Below are positions 8,643 to 18,890 of a DNA stretch of 36,226 nucleotides, piece by piece. This DNA is from a virus (taxonomy: Duplodnaviria; Caudoviricetes). A program made the position numbers and the translations under genes. Position 1 is the first letter of the stretch. The number at the start of each line of letters is the position of its first letter. The DNA lies in IMG/VR virus record IMGVR_UViG_3300005662_003122, positions 1 to 36,226 of that record. One strand, written 5' to 3'. The notes under the pieces were generated by a model, which saw nothing but the letters and a program-made list of their open reading frames with translations, did no database searches and was not told where the DNA came from.

Positions 8643-9680
8643 ATGAACTTTCTGAAGACACTCGTCAAGAGCAGCGGTAACGAATACGCATCTATTGCCA
8701 ACGATGGACTTGAAGCCGATGTCGGTGGATTCATCGACACAGGATCATACTCCTTCAATGCCCTCGTTTCGGGCAGTCTGAAGGGTGGCATTCCTGACAA
8801 CAAGATTCTTGGTATTGCTGGTGAGTCTGCTACGGGCAAGACTTACTTTGCCCTAGGCATCGCATCACAGTTCCTCAAGGACAACAAGGACGGGGCTATC
8901 CTCTACTTTGATTCGGAACAGGCTGTGACGAGCAGCATGATCTCTGATCGTGGATTGGATAAGAATCGTGTTGCCGTCTTCCCGGTTGCCACGGTGGAGC
9001 AGTTTCGTTATCAGGTGCTTCAGATCCTTGAGAACTACGGCAAGTTGGAGAAAGCAGATCAGAAGCCGATGATGATCGTGCTTGACTCGCTTGGTATGTT
9101 GTCTACCTCCAAGGAAATGAACGACAGCACGGAAGGCAAGGAAGTCCGTGACATGACTCGCAGTCAGGTCATTAAGTCTGTCTTCCGTACCGTGACGCTC
9201 AAGTTGGGCAAGCACAACATCCCCATGATTGTGACGAACCACACCTACGATGTCGTGGGTGCATATGTCCCGACCAAGGAAATGGGTGGCGGCAGCGGTC
9301 TCAAGTACGCTGCGTCAACCATCATCTACCTGTCGAAGAAGAAGCACAAGGACGGGGATGGCGAGGTCATCGGCAACATCATTCATTGCAAGGCATACAA
9401 GAGCCGTCTGACCAAGGAGAACCGCACCATCGATGTCCTCCTGAATTTCGATAGCGGTCTTGATCGCTACTACGGTCTAATCGAACTTGGTCTCAAGCAC
9501 GGCGTTTTCAAGAAGGTTTCCAATAAGGTTCAGTTCCCCGATGGCAAGTCGGACTTTGAATCCAAGATCAACAAGGATCCTGTCAAGTGGTTCACAGAGG
9601 ATGTCCTGAAGGTTCTTGAAGAGGCTGCTGCGAAGGAGTTCAAGTACGGTCAGGACGAGGAGGTGGAAAATGACGCATGA
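8643..9680 (+). CDS. uvsX: UvsX RecA-like recombinase
   Basis: DTGSY, Walker A GESATGKT, FDSE, LDSLG, NHTY, MGGGSGLKYAAS. Confidence 0.96.
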   Translation: MNFLKTLVKSSGNEYASIANDGLEADVGGFIDTGSYSFNALVSGSLKGGIPDNKILGIAGESATGKTYFALGIASQFLKDNKDGAILYFDSEQAVTSSMISDRGLDKNRVAVFPVATVEQFRYQVLQILENYGKLEKADQKPMMIVLDSLGMLSTSKEMNDSTEGKEVRDMTRSQVIKSVFRTVTLKLGKHNIPMIVTNHTYDVVGAYVPTKEMGGGSGLKYAASTIIYLSKKKHKDGDGEVIGNIIHCKAYKSRLTKENRTIDVLLNFDSGLDRYYGLIELGLKHGVFKKVSNKVQFPDGKSDFESKINKDPVKWFTEDVLKVLEEAAAKEFKYGQDEEVENDA

Positions 9681-10203
9681 TCCAAAGCCAATTCTTTTCG
9701 ATGGGTTTGAAAAGGCATTCGTTGGAATGCTTCGCCGTTACGGTCAGTCCGTGCCAATTGCAATCTATGATTACAACAAGTGCATGGATATCTTGATGGA
9801 TCGGGACGGGATGGAGGAAGACGAGGCGGTGGAGTGGCTGGAAGTAAATACTTTGGGGGCATACCTAGGAGAGTCTACCCCCGCCATGCTGTTTCGTTGC
9901 TCACTCCGTGAACTTGGAGAGGAGTGCGAGATCGATATTCCTCTAGACAATGATGAGAGAGATCCAGGCGATGAGCATCAGATCGATGATCTTACGATTG
10001 AACAGCGTGAGTCTTTAGAGGATGCATTAGACAAGTTTGCAGAACACTTTGTCAAATATGTCCGTGAGGTTGACCCCAAACTCTTTCTTCGTGCAAAGCA
10101 ATATGCAGCCGACTGCTCCGGAAACGACATGATTGAATTTGTGATAGACGATAAAGACGATATTACAAAACCAAAGAAAGAAGAAGATGATGACCAATCA
10201 TAA
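9670..10203 (+). CDS. Acidic hypothetical phage protein
   Basis: 177-aa ORF; DGFEKAFVG..AIYDY..EAVEWLEVNTLGAYLGE.TP pattern seen in phage hypotheticals. Confidence 0.7.
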   Translation: MTHDPKPILFDGFEKAFVGMLRRYGQSVPIAIYDYNKCMDILMDRDGMEEDEAVEWLEVNTLGAYLGESTPAMLFRCSLRELGEECEIDIPLDNDERDPGDEHQIDDLTIEQRESLEDALDKFAEHFVKYVREVDPKLFLRAKQYAADCSGNDMIEFVIDDKDDITKPKKEEDDDQS

Positions 10204-10855
10204 GTTGGCTGTAGTTGTTCCTTATCGAAATCGGGAAACTCATTTGCGAATGTTTGTCCCATACATGTTCAATTTCTTGACCAATCAAGAGATCGAACAC
10301 CGAATCATAATCGTAGAGCAGCAAAAACAGGATCAGTTGTTCAATCGTGCGAAATTGATGAATGTCGGATACGATATCGCAAAGGATGATTGCGATTATT
10401 TTGTCTTCCACGATGTTGATTTAATTCCAGAGACAGCAGACTACTCTTATCCAAAGTGCCCCACCCACATGTCCGCATATTGTTCTCAATTTAACTATCA
10501 TTTGCCCTACGAAACTATTTTTGGTGGGGTTTCTATGTTTACCAAGGAAGACTTTGTTAAAGTCAATGGATACAGCAATGAATATTGGGGTTGGGGTGCG
10601 GAAGATGATGATATGTACAATCGCTGCGAGAGGGAGGGCACGGGATTTGAACGCCGTCCCAATCGTTACAATAGTCTTGCTCATGAAAAGCAGACCCTGA
10701 CTCATCAGGATTACATGAAGAATATTGAGAGACTTCAAGCCCAAAAAGCGGGACAAAAGAATCACAAAGAAGATGGGCTGAACACTCTACAATACAACAG
10801 GATCGCAGAACAACCACTAGGCTTTACTGCCAGAAAGTATACGGTGTCCATATGA
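10187..10855 (+). CDS. GT7 beta-1,4-galactosyltransferase-like glycosyltransferase
   Basis: VPYRNR, FNRAKLMNVG, FHDVD, FGGVS, NGYSNEYWGWGAEDDD. Confidence 0.92.
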   Translation: MMTNHKLAVVVPYRNRETHLRMFVPYMFNFLTNQEIEHRIIIVEQQKQDQLFNRAKLMNVGYDIAKDDCDYFVFHDVDLIPETADYSYPKCPTHMSAYCSQFNYHLPYETIFGGVSMFTKEDFVKVNGYSNEYWGWGAEDDDMYNRCEREGTGFERRPNRYNSLAHEKQTLTHQDYMKNIERLQAQKAGQKNHKEDGLNTLQYNRIAEQPLGFTARKYTVSI

Positions 10856-11658
10856 GAGTGATTGGTCCAGATTGGCTAAACATTGACTTGCCCTTTCCAT
10901 GCGAAGTTCATGCACATCGTTTCATGAACGATTTGTCTCCAACTGATAATTATCGTGTGTATGTCGATACATGGGAACCCCGATCATCATGTGAATCCAT
11001 TGAAAGGATCCGCAAGTATGCAGACAGGTTCAATTTGATTCTCACTCTTGATGAGGATTTGGCAAAGTTGCCAAATGCAAATCTTTTGGTTGGTGGTAGT
11101 ACATGGGTATATCCTTGGCTCCCTCCCCACAAGGAGTTCAGCGTGTCTTTTCTTTGTACTGCAAACAACTATTTGCCTGGATATCAGATTCGTCATGCTC
11201 TATGGGCAAATCAGCATCGGATTTATACTCTGCCAAGAAAGTTCTGGTCGAGCCGAATGAGACCAGTTGATGCAGATCGTTTGATCCCAACAAGAACCGA
11301 TGGACAGAATGAGAAGGTTGAGTTGTTCTACAGTATGTTCTCAATCTGTCCAGAGAATACATCTCAAAGAAACTATTTTACTGAAAAGGTTCTTGATTGC
11401 TTTGTGACTAAGACTGTTCCCATCTATTGGGGTTGCTCGAATATTGGCGATTATTTTGACACCAGAGGAATGGTGATCATTGATGATCTTGAAGACTTGT
11501 TTGAGAAGGTGAATTCGCTAACAGAAGAAACATATCATCAGATGCTCCCACACATTGAGGAAAACTACAATCGCTCCTTGCGGTATGCCATGCCTGATGG
11601 TCCAGAGCGTCTTCGTTTGGCGATTCTTGCTGCAAAGGGTTCGGAGGTTGCTGTATGA
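10852..11658 (+). CDS. GT10 alpha-1,3/4-fucosyltransferase-like glycosyltransferase
   Basis: FSICPEN....YFTEKVLDC....VPIYWG donor-binding motif. Confidence 0.85.
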   Translation: MRVIGPDWLNIDLPFPCEVHAHRFMNDLSPTDNYRVYVDTWEPRSSCESIERIRKYADRFNLILTLDEDLAKLPNANLLVGGSTWVYPWLPPHKEFSVSFLCTANNYLPGYQIRHALWANQHRIYTLPRKFWSSRMRPVDADRLIPTRTDGQNEKVELFYSMFSICPENTSQRNYFTEKVLDCFVTKTVPIYWGCSNIGDYFDTRGMVIIDDLEDLFEKVNSLTEETYHQMLPHIEENYNRSLRYAMPDGPERLRLAILAAKGSEVAV

Positions 11659-12389
11659 AGAATTTGGTCATCATTCCTGCCGGAAAAACTTCTGAACACC
11701 AAAAGTGGACAGAGGATCACAGAGACTATGGATTTGATTTGTGCATTCAAAACTTCACCAAAGATTTTGAATTTACAGATAGAAACAGCACAGTTGCAAA
11801 ATACAACATAAGAAAGCCAGGAATGAAATGGGGGCTTGCTGCCGAGTTCCTTGATAATCACCCCGAATGGAAAGACTATGATTACATACTTTTCATGGAT
11901 GATGATCTAGAAACTACACCATCCGATATCCAAAAGTTTTTTCGAATTTGTTCGGAGGAATCATTCGATCTTGCTCAACCTGGTCTTTGTGAGGGAAGCA
12001 CTTTCACTTTCTATCCAACAAAGAAAATACCAAATGCAAAGTATCACCTGACAAACATGGTGGAAATCATGGTTACTTGCATTAGCAAGAGAATGCTTTT
12101 GGAGACTCTTGAAGATATTAGAAGTTCCACGAATGGTATTGGGTGGGGATTGGAGGGTGTTTGGAACATCAGGTTTCATGCCGGAAATGGTAAAAGCAAG
12201 TTTGGTGGAAAGATTGGTGTTGTTGATGATGTCAATTTCTGCCACAAGAGACCGTTAGGTGGAACTGATAGCAAGATTTACGAGTTGTTTGGTTCTCCTT
12301 GGAAAGCACTAGCAGACCAAGAACAAAGAATGGGGTTCAAGTGGTCGGAAATGAATTTCACAACATATTCCATCGAATGGAAGGACTGA
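11655..12389 (+). CDS. DUF707-like GT-A glycosyltransferase
   Basis: KW, YDYILFMDDD, LAQPGL, T.MVEIM, GWGL pattern. Confidence 0.75.
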   Translation: MKNLVIIPAGKTSEHQKWTEDHRDYGFDLCIQNFTKDFEFTDRNSTVAKYNIRKPGMKWGLAAEFLDNHPEWKDYDYILFMDDDLETTPSDIQKFFRICSEESFDLAQPGLCEGSTFTFYPTKKIPNAKYHLTNMVEIMVTCISKRMLLETLEDIRSSTNGIGWGLEGVWNIRFHAGNGKSKFGGKIGVVDDVNFCHKRPLGGTDSKIYELFGSPWKALADQEQRMGFKWSEMNFTTYSIEWKD

Positions 12390-12392
12390 TAC

Positions 12393-13214
12393 ATGCGTGA
12401 GACTCTTCATATCAATTATGACGGCAACTCTTTGTCCTTTCAGGAAGAGGATTGCTATGAAAGCCGAGGCAAAAGCACAATTATTCTTGTAAAGAGTGCT
12501 TTTGAAACACTATCAGAAGAAAAAAGAAAAATGCTGAAGCCATTTGCAGCATTTTTTCATCTCGGTGATAAGAGTTTCTATCCTCTCTCATTAGGTTCTT
12601 CCAAGTACAATTCACGAACAATTCCTTGCTGGACTTTTGACTCTTGGAAAGAATGCGGTATCTCTGATTATGAAAATGTATGTTCTGAACTGATCGCCCG
12701 TGGAAAAACTCCACCCAAGCACGACTGTCTTTTCTGGATTGGAAATGCAAATACTCATCCGACAAGAAAGTTGTTTCTTCAAATATCTTCAAACCGACCT
12801 GATGTTTGTGCGGCAGACTCGGGAAATTGGTTTGGTAAAGATGGTGAAATGAAAAATGCAGAAAAAAAGTATGTCAGCATTCCAGAACACGCAGATTACA
12901 AGTACTTGATTGACATTCAGGGAAATGGATATTCGGCAAGGGGAAAACTTCTTATGCACAGCGGCAGACCTTTGTTTTACCAAGACCGTCAATGGCATGA
13001 ATATTGGTTTTTTTCGACCAAGCCATTTGTTCACTACATTCCACTCAAGGAAGATTTTAGCGATCTAAACGAAAAACTGAATTGGGCTAACACACATCCT
13101 GAAGAGTGTGCTACAATCGCCACAAATGCCCTGCAATTTGCTGTTGCAAATCTACGCAGAGCAAATGCAATTCAAAGATATCAAGACATCTTGATGATGT
13201 TAGGAGCAGACTGA
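12393..13214 (+). CDS. GT90 (CAP10/POGLUT-Rumi-like) glycosyltransferase
   Basis: YKYLIDIQGNGYSAR..L, EYWF..PFVHYIP..DFSDL.EKL.WA..H....IA.NA. Confidence 0.85.
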   Translation: MRETLHINYDGNSLSFQEEDCYESRGKSTIILVKSAFETLSEEKRKMLKPFAAFFHLGDKSFYPLSLGSSKYNSRTIPCWTFDSWKECGISDYENVCSELIARGKTPPKHDCLFWIGNANTHPTRKLFLQISSNRPDVCAADSGNWFGKDGEMKNAEKKYVSIPEHADYKYLIDIQGNGYSARGKLLMHSGRPLFYQDRQWHEYWFFSTKPFVHYIPLKEDFSDLNEKLNWANTHPEECATIATNALQFAVANLRRANAIQRYQDILMMLGAD

Positions 13215-14300
13215 ATGTACGACTATTTGATTGTTGGCTCTGGTTTGTTTGGTTCGATCTTTGCCCGTCAGATGACTGATCGTGGTGCAAAGTGCTTGGT
13301 AATAGACAAGCGAAACCACATAGGCGGAAATTGCTACACCAAGGATGTCGGTGGTATTAATGTCCACGAATACGGTCCTCATATTTTCCATACGAGCAGC
13401 GACCGTGTGTGGGACTACATGAACCGTTGGACAAAATTCAACCACTATGTCAATCGCCCCAAGGTTCATTACAAAGGCGAACTCTACTCGTTCCCAATCA
13501 ATCTCTTTACCCTCTATCAACTATGGGGAGTGAAAACTCCTGCGGAAGCGCAGAAGAAACTAGAAGAGGTCAAAGTTTCCATACCTAATCCACAAAATCT
13601 TGAGGAGTGGGTTCTCTCTCAGGTTGGTGAGGAGATTTACCACAAGTTTGTCTATGGTTACACGAAAAAGCAATGGGGTCGTGATCCCAAGAATTTGCCG
13701 TCATTTATCATCAAGAGACTTCCCATTCGCTTGACATTTGATGACAATTATTACGAGGACAAGTATCAGGGTATTCCTATTGGGGGGTACACTAGCATTT
13801 TCGAAAAACTTCTTAGTGGAATTGACCACGAAACCGGTGTGGACTACATGGTAGACCGAGATGCTTTTGAAAAGAAAGCCAAGAAGATTGTCTATACCGG
13901 TCCTATTGACGAGTTTTTTGGTTGCGATATAGGAAGACTTGCATGGAGGAGTCTTCGGTTTGAACATGAGACTATGGAGATTCCTGATTATCAGGGAAAT
14001 GCTATTATCAACTACACCGAAGAGAATGTTCCCTACACAAGAGTAATGGAACACAAACACTTTGAATTTGGAAAACAGAGTCATACAGTTGTGACAAGAG
14101 AACACCCTCAAACATGGGATTCGTCAAAAGAGAAGTTTTATCCTGTGAATGATGATGAGAACAACGAACTGTACCAAAAATACAAGGCAAGAATAGACAA
14201 CACTCGTTACATTTTTGGTGGTCGGCTGGCAGATTACAAATATTATGACATGCATCAGGTTGTGGGATCGGCACTAGTCAGATCGGAAAAGGAAGAATGA
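13215..14300 (+). CDS. glf: UDP-galactopyranose mutase
   Basis: IVGSGLFG FAD motif, HIGGNCY, YGPHIFHT, YTKKQWG, YQGIP, GRLADYKYYDMHQ. Confidence 0.97.
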   Translation: MYDYLIVGSGLFGSIFARQMTDRGAKCLVIDKRNHIGGNCYTKDVGGINVHEYGPHIFHTSSDRVWDYMNRWTKFNHYVNRPKVHYKGELYSFPINLFTLYQLWGVKTPAEAQKKLEEVKVSIPNPQNLEEWVLSQVGEEIYHKFVYGYTKKQWGRDPKNLPSFIIKRLPIRLTFDDNYYEDKYQGIPIGGYTSIFEKLLSGIDHETGVDYMVDRDAFEKKAKKIVYTGPIDEFFGCDIGRLAWRSLRFEHETMEIPDYQGNAIINYTEENVPYTRVMEHKHFEFGKQSHTVVTREHPQTWDSSKEKFYPVNDDENNELYQKYKARIDNTRYIFGGRLADYKYYDMHQVVGSALVRSEKEE

Positions 14301-15019
14301 ATTGGTCTTTTTGCATAGTCTTTAACAAAACTGATTATCTTAATCGTTTTGTCAAATCGATTATCAATCAAGAAGGGCTTGAAAAGGATCGATATCAGAT
14401 TGTTCTTGCCGGGAAGGAATCGGGTTCTATAGACTCCTTGGTTCAACCATTGCAAGATAATGGAATTGACATAATTCACATTCCTTTCGATGAATCTACC
14501 AAAACTGGATGGATTACACGAAAAAAGAATCTAGCAGTACAGATGTCTAAGTACGAAAATCTTGTGATATCACACGATTATTTTGCTTTGTGTCGTGGCT
14601 GGTATAAAGCATTTGAGAACTTTGGATACGATTGGGATGTTTGTATGAATCAAATTCGTCTTCTTGACAATCGCCGTTTTCGTGATTGGTGCTATCCAAG
14701 ACAATGGTGGGGAGATTGGGATTGGTTAAAGTACGATGACAATAGTAGAACACATGAAATGTACATCAGCGGTTCTTATTGGTGTGCTAAAAAAAGTTAC
14801 ATGGCTAAAAATCGATTAGATGAAAATCGCACATGGGGTCAGGGTGAAGATTGCGAGTGGTCTGCTCGTTGTCGTGAAAATTGGGTGTACAAAATGAATA
14901 AGAATGCAGTCGTAAAAATTCTCAAAGGCGAGGATTTCATGAAAATCAATCATCCACCAGAACCAATTCCCGATCCAGAAATTCATTTGAACTCGGTCGA
15001 TTATCAAATACAAGACTGA
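14297..15019 (+). CDS. GT2-like glycosyltransferase
   Basis: GWITRKKN, HDY, WGQGEDCEWS; island context. Confidence 0.7.
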   Translation: MNWSFCIVFNKTDYLNRFVKSIINQEGLEKDRYQIVLAGKESGSIDSLVQPLQDNGIDIIHIPFDESTKTGWITRKKNLAVQMSKYENLVISHDYFALCRGWYKAFENFGYDWDVCMNQIRLLDNRRFRDWCYPRQWWGDWDWLKYDDNSRTHEMYISGSYWCAKKSYMAKNRLDENRTWGQGEDCEWSARCRENWVYKMNKNAVVKILKGEDFMKINHPPEPIPDPEIHLNSVDYQIQD

Positions 15020-15029
15020 TGCTTGCAGT

Positions 15030-15036
15030 CTAAATA
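15030..15036 (+). promoter_or_regulatory. T4-type late promoter (CTAAATA)
   Basis: Intergenic; AGGAG RBS and ATG 15061 follow. Confidence 0.65.
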
Positions 15037-15060
15037 AGTCAACAAGGAGAATTTTTCATT

Positions 15061-16002
15061 ATGAGAATGCTAGTGACGGGATCCTGCGGTTTTATTGGTT
15101 CGAATTTAGTGGATCGCCTGATTGAAATGGGGCATGATGTTGTAGGAATTGACGATCTTTCTGCGGATGCCCACGACCATTTCTATTTCAATCCCAAAGC
15201 AGAATATCACAAGTATTCGGTAACAGATTACATCATGTGTTCTGATGTGTTCAAACGGCACAAGTTTGATTATGTCTTTCATTTGGCTGCGGAGGCTCGT
15301 ATACAAAGATGCATAATTGATCCTACTTTGTGCTTGGAAACAAATACCATGGGCACACAAACCATGCTGTCGCTTGCAAAGAAATACGATGTCAAACGAC
15401 TTGTGTTTATGAGTACATCTGCGATTTATGGGCTTCGTAGCAAAGTAGTTGCGGAAATGACGGCGAATGGTGACCAAAAAGAAACTGATGAACCCGATTG
15501 TTTGAACGCCTATTCCTATTCAAAATGGTTTGGTGAAGGTTTGTGCAAAATGTATTCAACACTTTACGCTTTGGATACAGTCTGCTTCCGAGGTTTCAAC
15601 ATTTACGGCGAAAGACAACCTAAGAGGGGCCAATATGCTCCCGTGATTGGGGTGTTCCAACGACAAGTAAAATCTGGTGAACCTTTGTCAATTGTCGGTG
15701 ATGGGCAGCAAAAAAGAGATTTCGTCCATGTTGGCGATGTCTGCGATGCTTTGTATGAGGGTGCCGTAGTCGAATCGAATCAGCGTGGCGAGATTTACAA
15801 TATTGGCACCGGAAAAAATCATTCGGTTTTGCAAGTTGCAAACTTGATCGCAAAGCACTATAATCACAAATTCGATCACATACATCTTCCAGCCAGAGAG
15901 GGAGAGGCTAGAGCAACCTTGGCAAATATCAAGAAGATCAAATCAAACTTGAAATGGGAGCCAAAGGTTGTTCTTGAAGACTGGATTTCTAGACAGGATT
16001 AA
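15061..16002 (+). CDS. NAD-dependent nucleotide-sugar epimerase (extended SDR)
   Basis: VTGSCGFIG, HLAA, STSAIYG, YSYSK, FNIYG, RDFVHV. Confidence 0.92.
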   Translation: MRMLVTGSCGFIGSNLVDRLIEMGHDVVGIDDLSADAHDHFYFNPKAEYHKYSVTDYIMCSDVFKRHKFDYVFHLAAEARIQRCIIDPTLCLETNTMGTQTMLSLAKKYDVKRLVFMSTSAIYGLRSKVVAEMTANGDQKETDEPDCLNAYSYSKWFGEGLCKMYSTLYALDTVCFRGFNIYGERQPKRGQYAPVIGVFQRQVKSGEPLSIVGDGQQKRDFVHVGDVCDALYEGAVVESNQRGEIYNIGTGKNHSVLQVANLIAKHYNHKFDHIHLPAREGEARATLANIKKIKSNLKWEPKVVLEDWISRQD

Positions 16003-16006
16003 TATT

Positions 16007-16948
16007 ATGACAAAAGCAAAAATCGGAATCATGTGCCTGACAACGAGGCGAATGTCGTTGATGAACACTCATGCAAAGCAACTTGCCAAGTGCAAGTATC
16101 GCAACTTTCACATCTACATTCTTGGCGATGCTGTCCCGCAGGAAATAAAGAACTTGTTCAATGAACAACTCCCACAAAATTCTACAGTCGTAGATGGGTT
16201 TGCTCCTGGTGACGGAAACTACATGGAAAAGATTATCCATGGCATTGGAAGAGAACATGAATTCTCCGTCAAGATGGATGAAGACTGCATTCTCCTCTCT
16301 GATGGGTGGGATCGATTCTTTAATTTGATCGAATCGATGACGAATCAAGATTTGTTTTGTACGGGTGCAATCAGCAATGGAGTTCCAACTTGCGACTTTT
16401 TTGTTAACAACTTCATCCCCAACTCAAAGCAGATTGTGAATAATCTGTTCTCATTGACATCATACGGTGTTGGTGGTGGGGTTGATTACTCTCTGCTAAA
16501 TTACGCAAAACCACAAACCGTGGGGGATTGGAATCCAAACGCTTTTTATCAAGCGGTAAAGCAAATCAATCACTACTACAAGGGAATTCACCCTGTCAGA
16601 ATGAATTTCTCTGTTGCAAAATTCATTAACGACATGATCTTTGAAGCATTCCCCCAATCGATGCGTGTTGTGGAAGGCGAAATCATCAGAAATACAGATT
16701 ACCCATATTTCTGCAACTCTTTCTTTGGGATTAGAACTGAAGATTGGAAGACGATTGTATCAAGAAGGGATTTGTTTATCGATCCTTACGAGGAAGTCCC
16801 GTTGAATCGGTATTGGAAAGAAACGGGAAGAAACATGCTTATTGATACAGGAATTCCAATTCTACACACAATGTACAATTGGACAAGAAATTGGGATTAC
16901 GAAAACAAGTTGGTTGAAAAAATCAACGAGGTATTTGCGGATGCATAA
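16007..16948 (+). CDS. Putative GT-A glycosyltransferase
   Basis: KMDED DxD-type motif after a beta strand; context; family unclear. Confidence 0.5.
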   Translation: MTKAKIGIMCLTTRRMSLMNTHAKQLAKCKYRNFHIYILGDAVPQEIKNLFNEQLPQNSTVVDGFAPGDGNYMEKIIHGIGREHEFSVKMDEDCILLSDGWDRFFNLIESMTNQDLFCTGAISNGVPTCDFFVNNFIPNSKQIVNNLFSLTSYGVGGGVDYSLLNYAKPQTVGDWNPNAFYQAVKQINHYYKGIHPVRMNFSVAKFINDMIFEAFPQSMRVVEGEIIRNTDYPYFCNSFFGIRTEDWKTIVSRRDLFIDPYEEVPLNRYWKETGRNMLIDTGIPILHTMYNWTRNWDYENKLVEKINEVFADA

Positions 16949-17597
16949 GCCGACATTATTTGTTCATTGTGGAACAGGTAATGATCGTTATTCAACGATC
17001 ATGGATGAGTTCTTTTCCTCAATTGAAATGTCGGGCATGAAGAATGAAATTGATGTTCGTGTATGCTCTGTGGGGAAACCCCAAACAAATGAGGCTTGGT
17101 TTAATCAAGAGTATCACGATGATGATTTTACTAAAGGTGAATTTTTCACACTTGAAATACTGAGACAATTTTGCAAGGATGTGGGTGTGGGTGTTCCTGT
17201 TGGATATGTACATACCAAAGGAGTGTTCAATGGCTTTGACAATCCATGCATAATAGACTGGCGACAATACATGGGCTATTTTGTTATTGAACGAGCCAGA
17301 GACTGCATTAAAGCCCTTGAGGAGGGATACGATGCCGTTGGGGTAGATTGGGTCACTCTTCCCAACAAACACTTCTCAGGCAATTTCTGGTGGGCTTCTT
17401 CCCAATACATCAACAGACTCCCGCAAATAAATCCGCCCAATTTTCAAATTGAGGGCGCACCAACACCAAGACACTTGGCAGAATTTTGGATAGGGTATGG
17501 GTTTCCAAAGGTAAAATGTCTCCATAGCAGCAACATAAATGTATACGAGAGGCATTTGCATCGCTATCCTAGAAGCATTTACAAAGTAAAGAGATAA
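16941..17597 (+). CDS. Putative glycosyltransferase-like protein
   Basis: GE..TL, YVHTKG, WRQYM, HFSGNFWWA, E.WIG motif set seen in viral glycan clusters. Confidence 0.55.
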   Translation: MHKPTLFVHCGTGNDRYSTIMDEFFSSIEMSGMKNEIDVRVCSVGKPQTNEAWFNQEYHDDDFTKGEFFTLEILRQFCKDVGVGVPVGYVHTKGVFNGFDNPCIIDWRQYMGYFVIERARDCIKALEEGYDAVGVDWVTLPNKHFSGNFWWASSQYINRLPQINPPNFQIEGAPTPRHLAEFWIGYGFPKVKCLHSSNINVYERHLHRYPRSIYKVKR

Positions 17598-17598
17598 A

Positions 17599-18183
17599 AT
17601 GACAAGTCTGAAAAACATATACGAAAGAATTTACCAAGATTCAATCACCGATGTTCAGAATCCTGATCACAAGAACAGCGACAAGGGAACTGTTCACTCC
17701 TACATCGATTATTACGATTCGCTTTTTTCTCCCTTTCAGTCAAAGAAAATTCGAATTCTTGAAATAGGCATTCAGGGAGGAATTTCCCTGCTGCTGTGGA
17801 AGGATTATTTCAAGCAAGCCGAAGTAGTCGGAATCGACATCGATATCAAGCAAGCACAGAAAAAGGTATTGGATATCTGTGCTGATCCTACATCAGGTAT
17901 ATCTTTAATTGAAGCCGATGCAGCAGACTATTCTATTTTGGACAAGATACATGGAAATTTTGACATCATCATCGATGATGGATCGCACCTTCTGCACCAC
18001 CAACTCGCATCTTTCAAGTTCTTCAAGGATCGTTTGAATCTCGGCGGTATTTACATAATCGAAGACATTGGAAACGAACTGAATGCGAGGACTCTAAACC
18101 AAAAAATCCCAAACTCTGAAATTGTGGATTTGAGATCGGTCAAGGGTAGATGGGATGATCTTATCTTGGTCTATAGAAAGTAA
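17599..18183 (+). CDS. Class I SAM-dependent (sugar O-) methyltransferase
   Basis: SDK..H.Y, LEIGIQGG, GIDID, DIIIDDGSH, GGIYIIED. Confidence 0.88.
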   Translation: MTSLKNIYERIYQDSITDVQNPDHKNSDKGTVHSYIDYYDSLFSPFQSKKIRILEIGIQGGISLLLWKDYFKQAEVVGIDIDIKQAQKKVLDICADPTSGISLIEADAADYSILDKIHGNFDIIIDDGSHLLHHQLASFKFFKDRLNLGGIYIIEDIGNELNARTLNQKIPNSEIVDLRSVKGRWDDLILVYRK

Positions 18184-18245
18184 GTGATGATTGATCAAAT
18201 CCGTGGGAAGAGTCAAAGGTCACGCAATTGTCGGCTAAAACGATA

Positions 18246-18890
18246 ATGGAAATTCCTTTTCAAGCAGTATTATTTGATCTTGATGGCGTACTTGTAGATG
18301 CGTGTGATTGGCATTACGAGTCTTTAAACCGTGCCCTACAACAAACTGTTGGTTATTCAATATCAAGAGAAGATCATTTGTTGAAATACAACGGACTTCC
18401 GACAAAAGTAAAACTGAAGATGCTTGGAATTGATGATGGTCTTGCTCAAAAAATCAATGACTTGAAACAGTCTCTTACCATAGAGGTTATTGAGGAAAAT
18501 GCGATCATCATGACAGAGAAAATAGAATTGCTTTCTTATTTGAAATCTATTGGTGTAAAAACAGCCTGTGTTACTAACTCAATAAAGAAGACAGCAAGCA
18601 TGATGCTTTCTAAAACGGGCCAACTTGAATATTTGGATGCTGTAATCAGCAACGAAGATGTTGCCAAGAATAAACCAAATCCTGATTGCTACAATCTTGC
18701 AATCTCTGTGTTGAATGTTGATCCGGAATTTGTTTTATGTGTGGAAGATTCTATCACAGGAATAACTGCTGCTCTAAATAGTAGTGCCAAGTATCTCTGG
18801 AAGGTAAGTGATACTACTGAAGTGACCCTTGATGGTTATAGGAGATTTTGTAATGAAGATTTTGATACCCATGGCGGGAGAGGGAAGTAG
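18246..18890 (+). CDS. HAD-family phosphatase
   Basis: FDLDGVL, VTNS, KPNP, VEDS motifs I-IV. Confidence 0.92.
   Translation: MEIPFQAVLFDLDGVLVDACDWHYESLNRALQQTVGYSISREDHLLKYNGLPTKVKLKMLGIDDGLAQKINDLKQSLTIEVIEENAIIMTEKIELLSYLKSIGVKTACVTNSIKKTASMMLSKTGQLEYLDAVISNEDVAKNKPNPDCYNLAISVLNVDPEFVLCVEDSITGITAALNSSAKYLWKVSDTTEVTLDGYRRFCNEDFDTHGGRGK

Noticed and set aside
18774-18780. Intragenic CTAAATA (also GTAAATA 23726, ATAAATA 35340, CTAAATA 1786)
   Set aside because: Could be late promoters but lie within coding sequence or before a typically middle gene; chance occurrence in AT-rich DNA cannot be excluded
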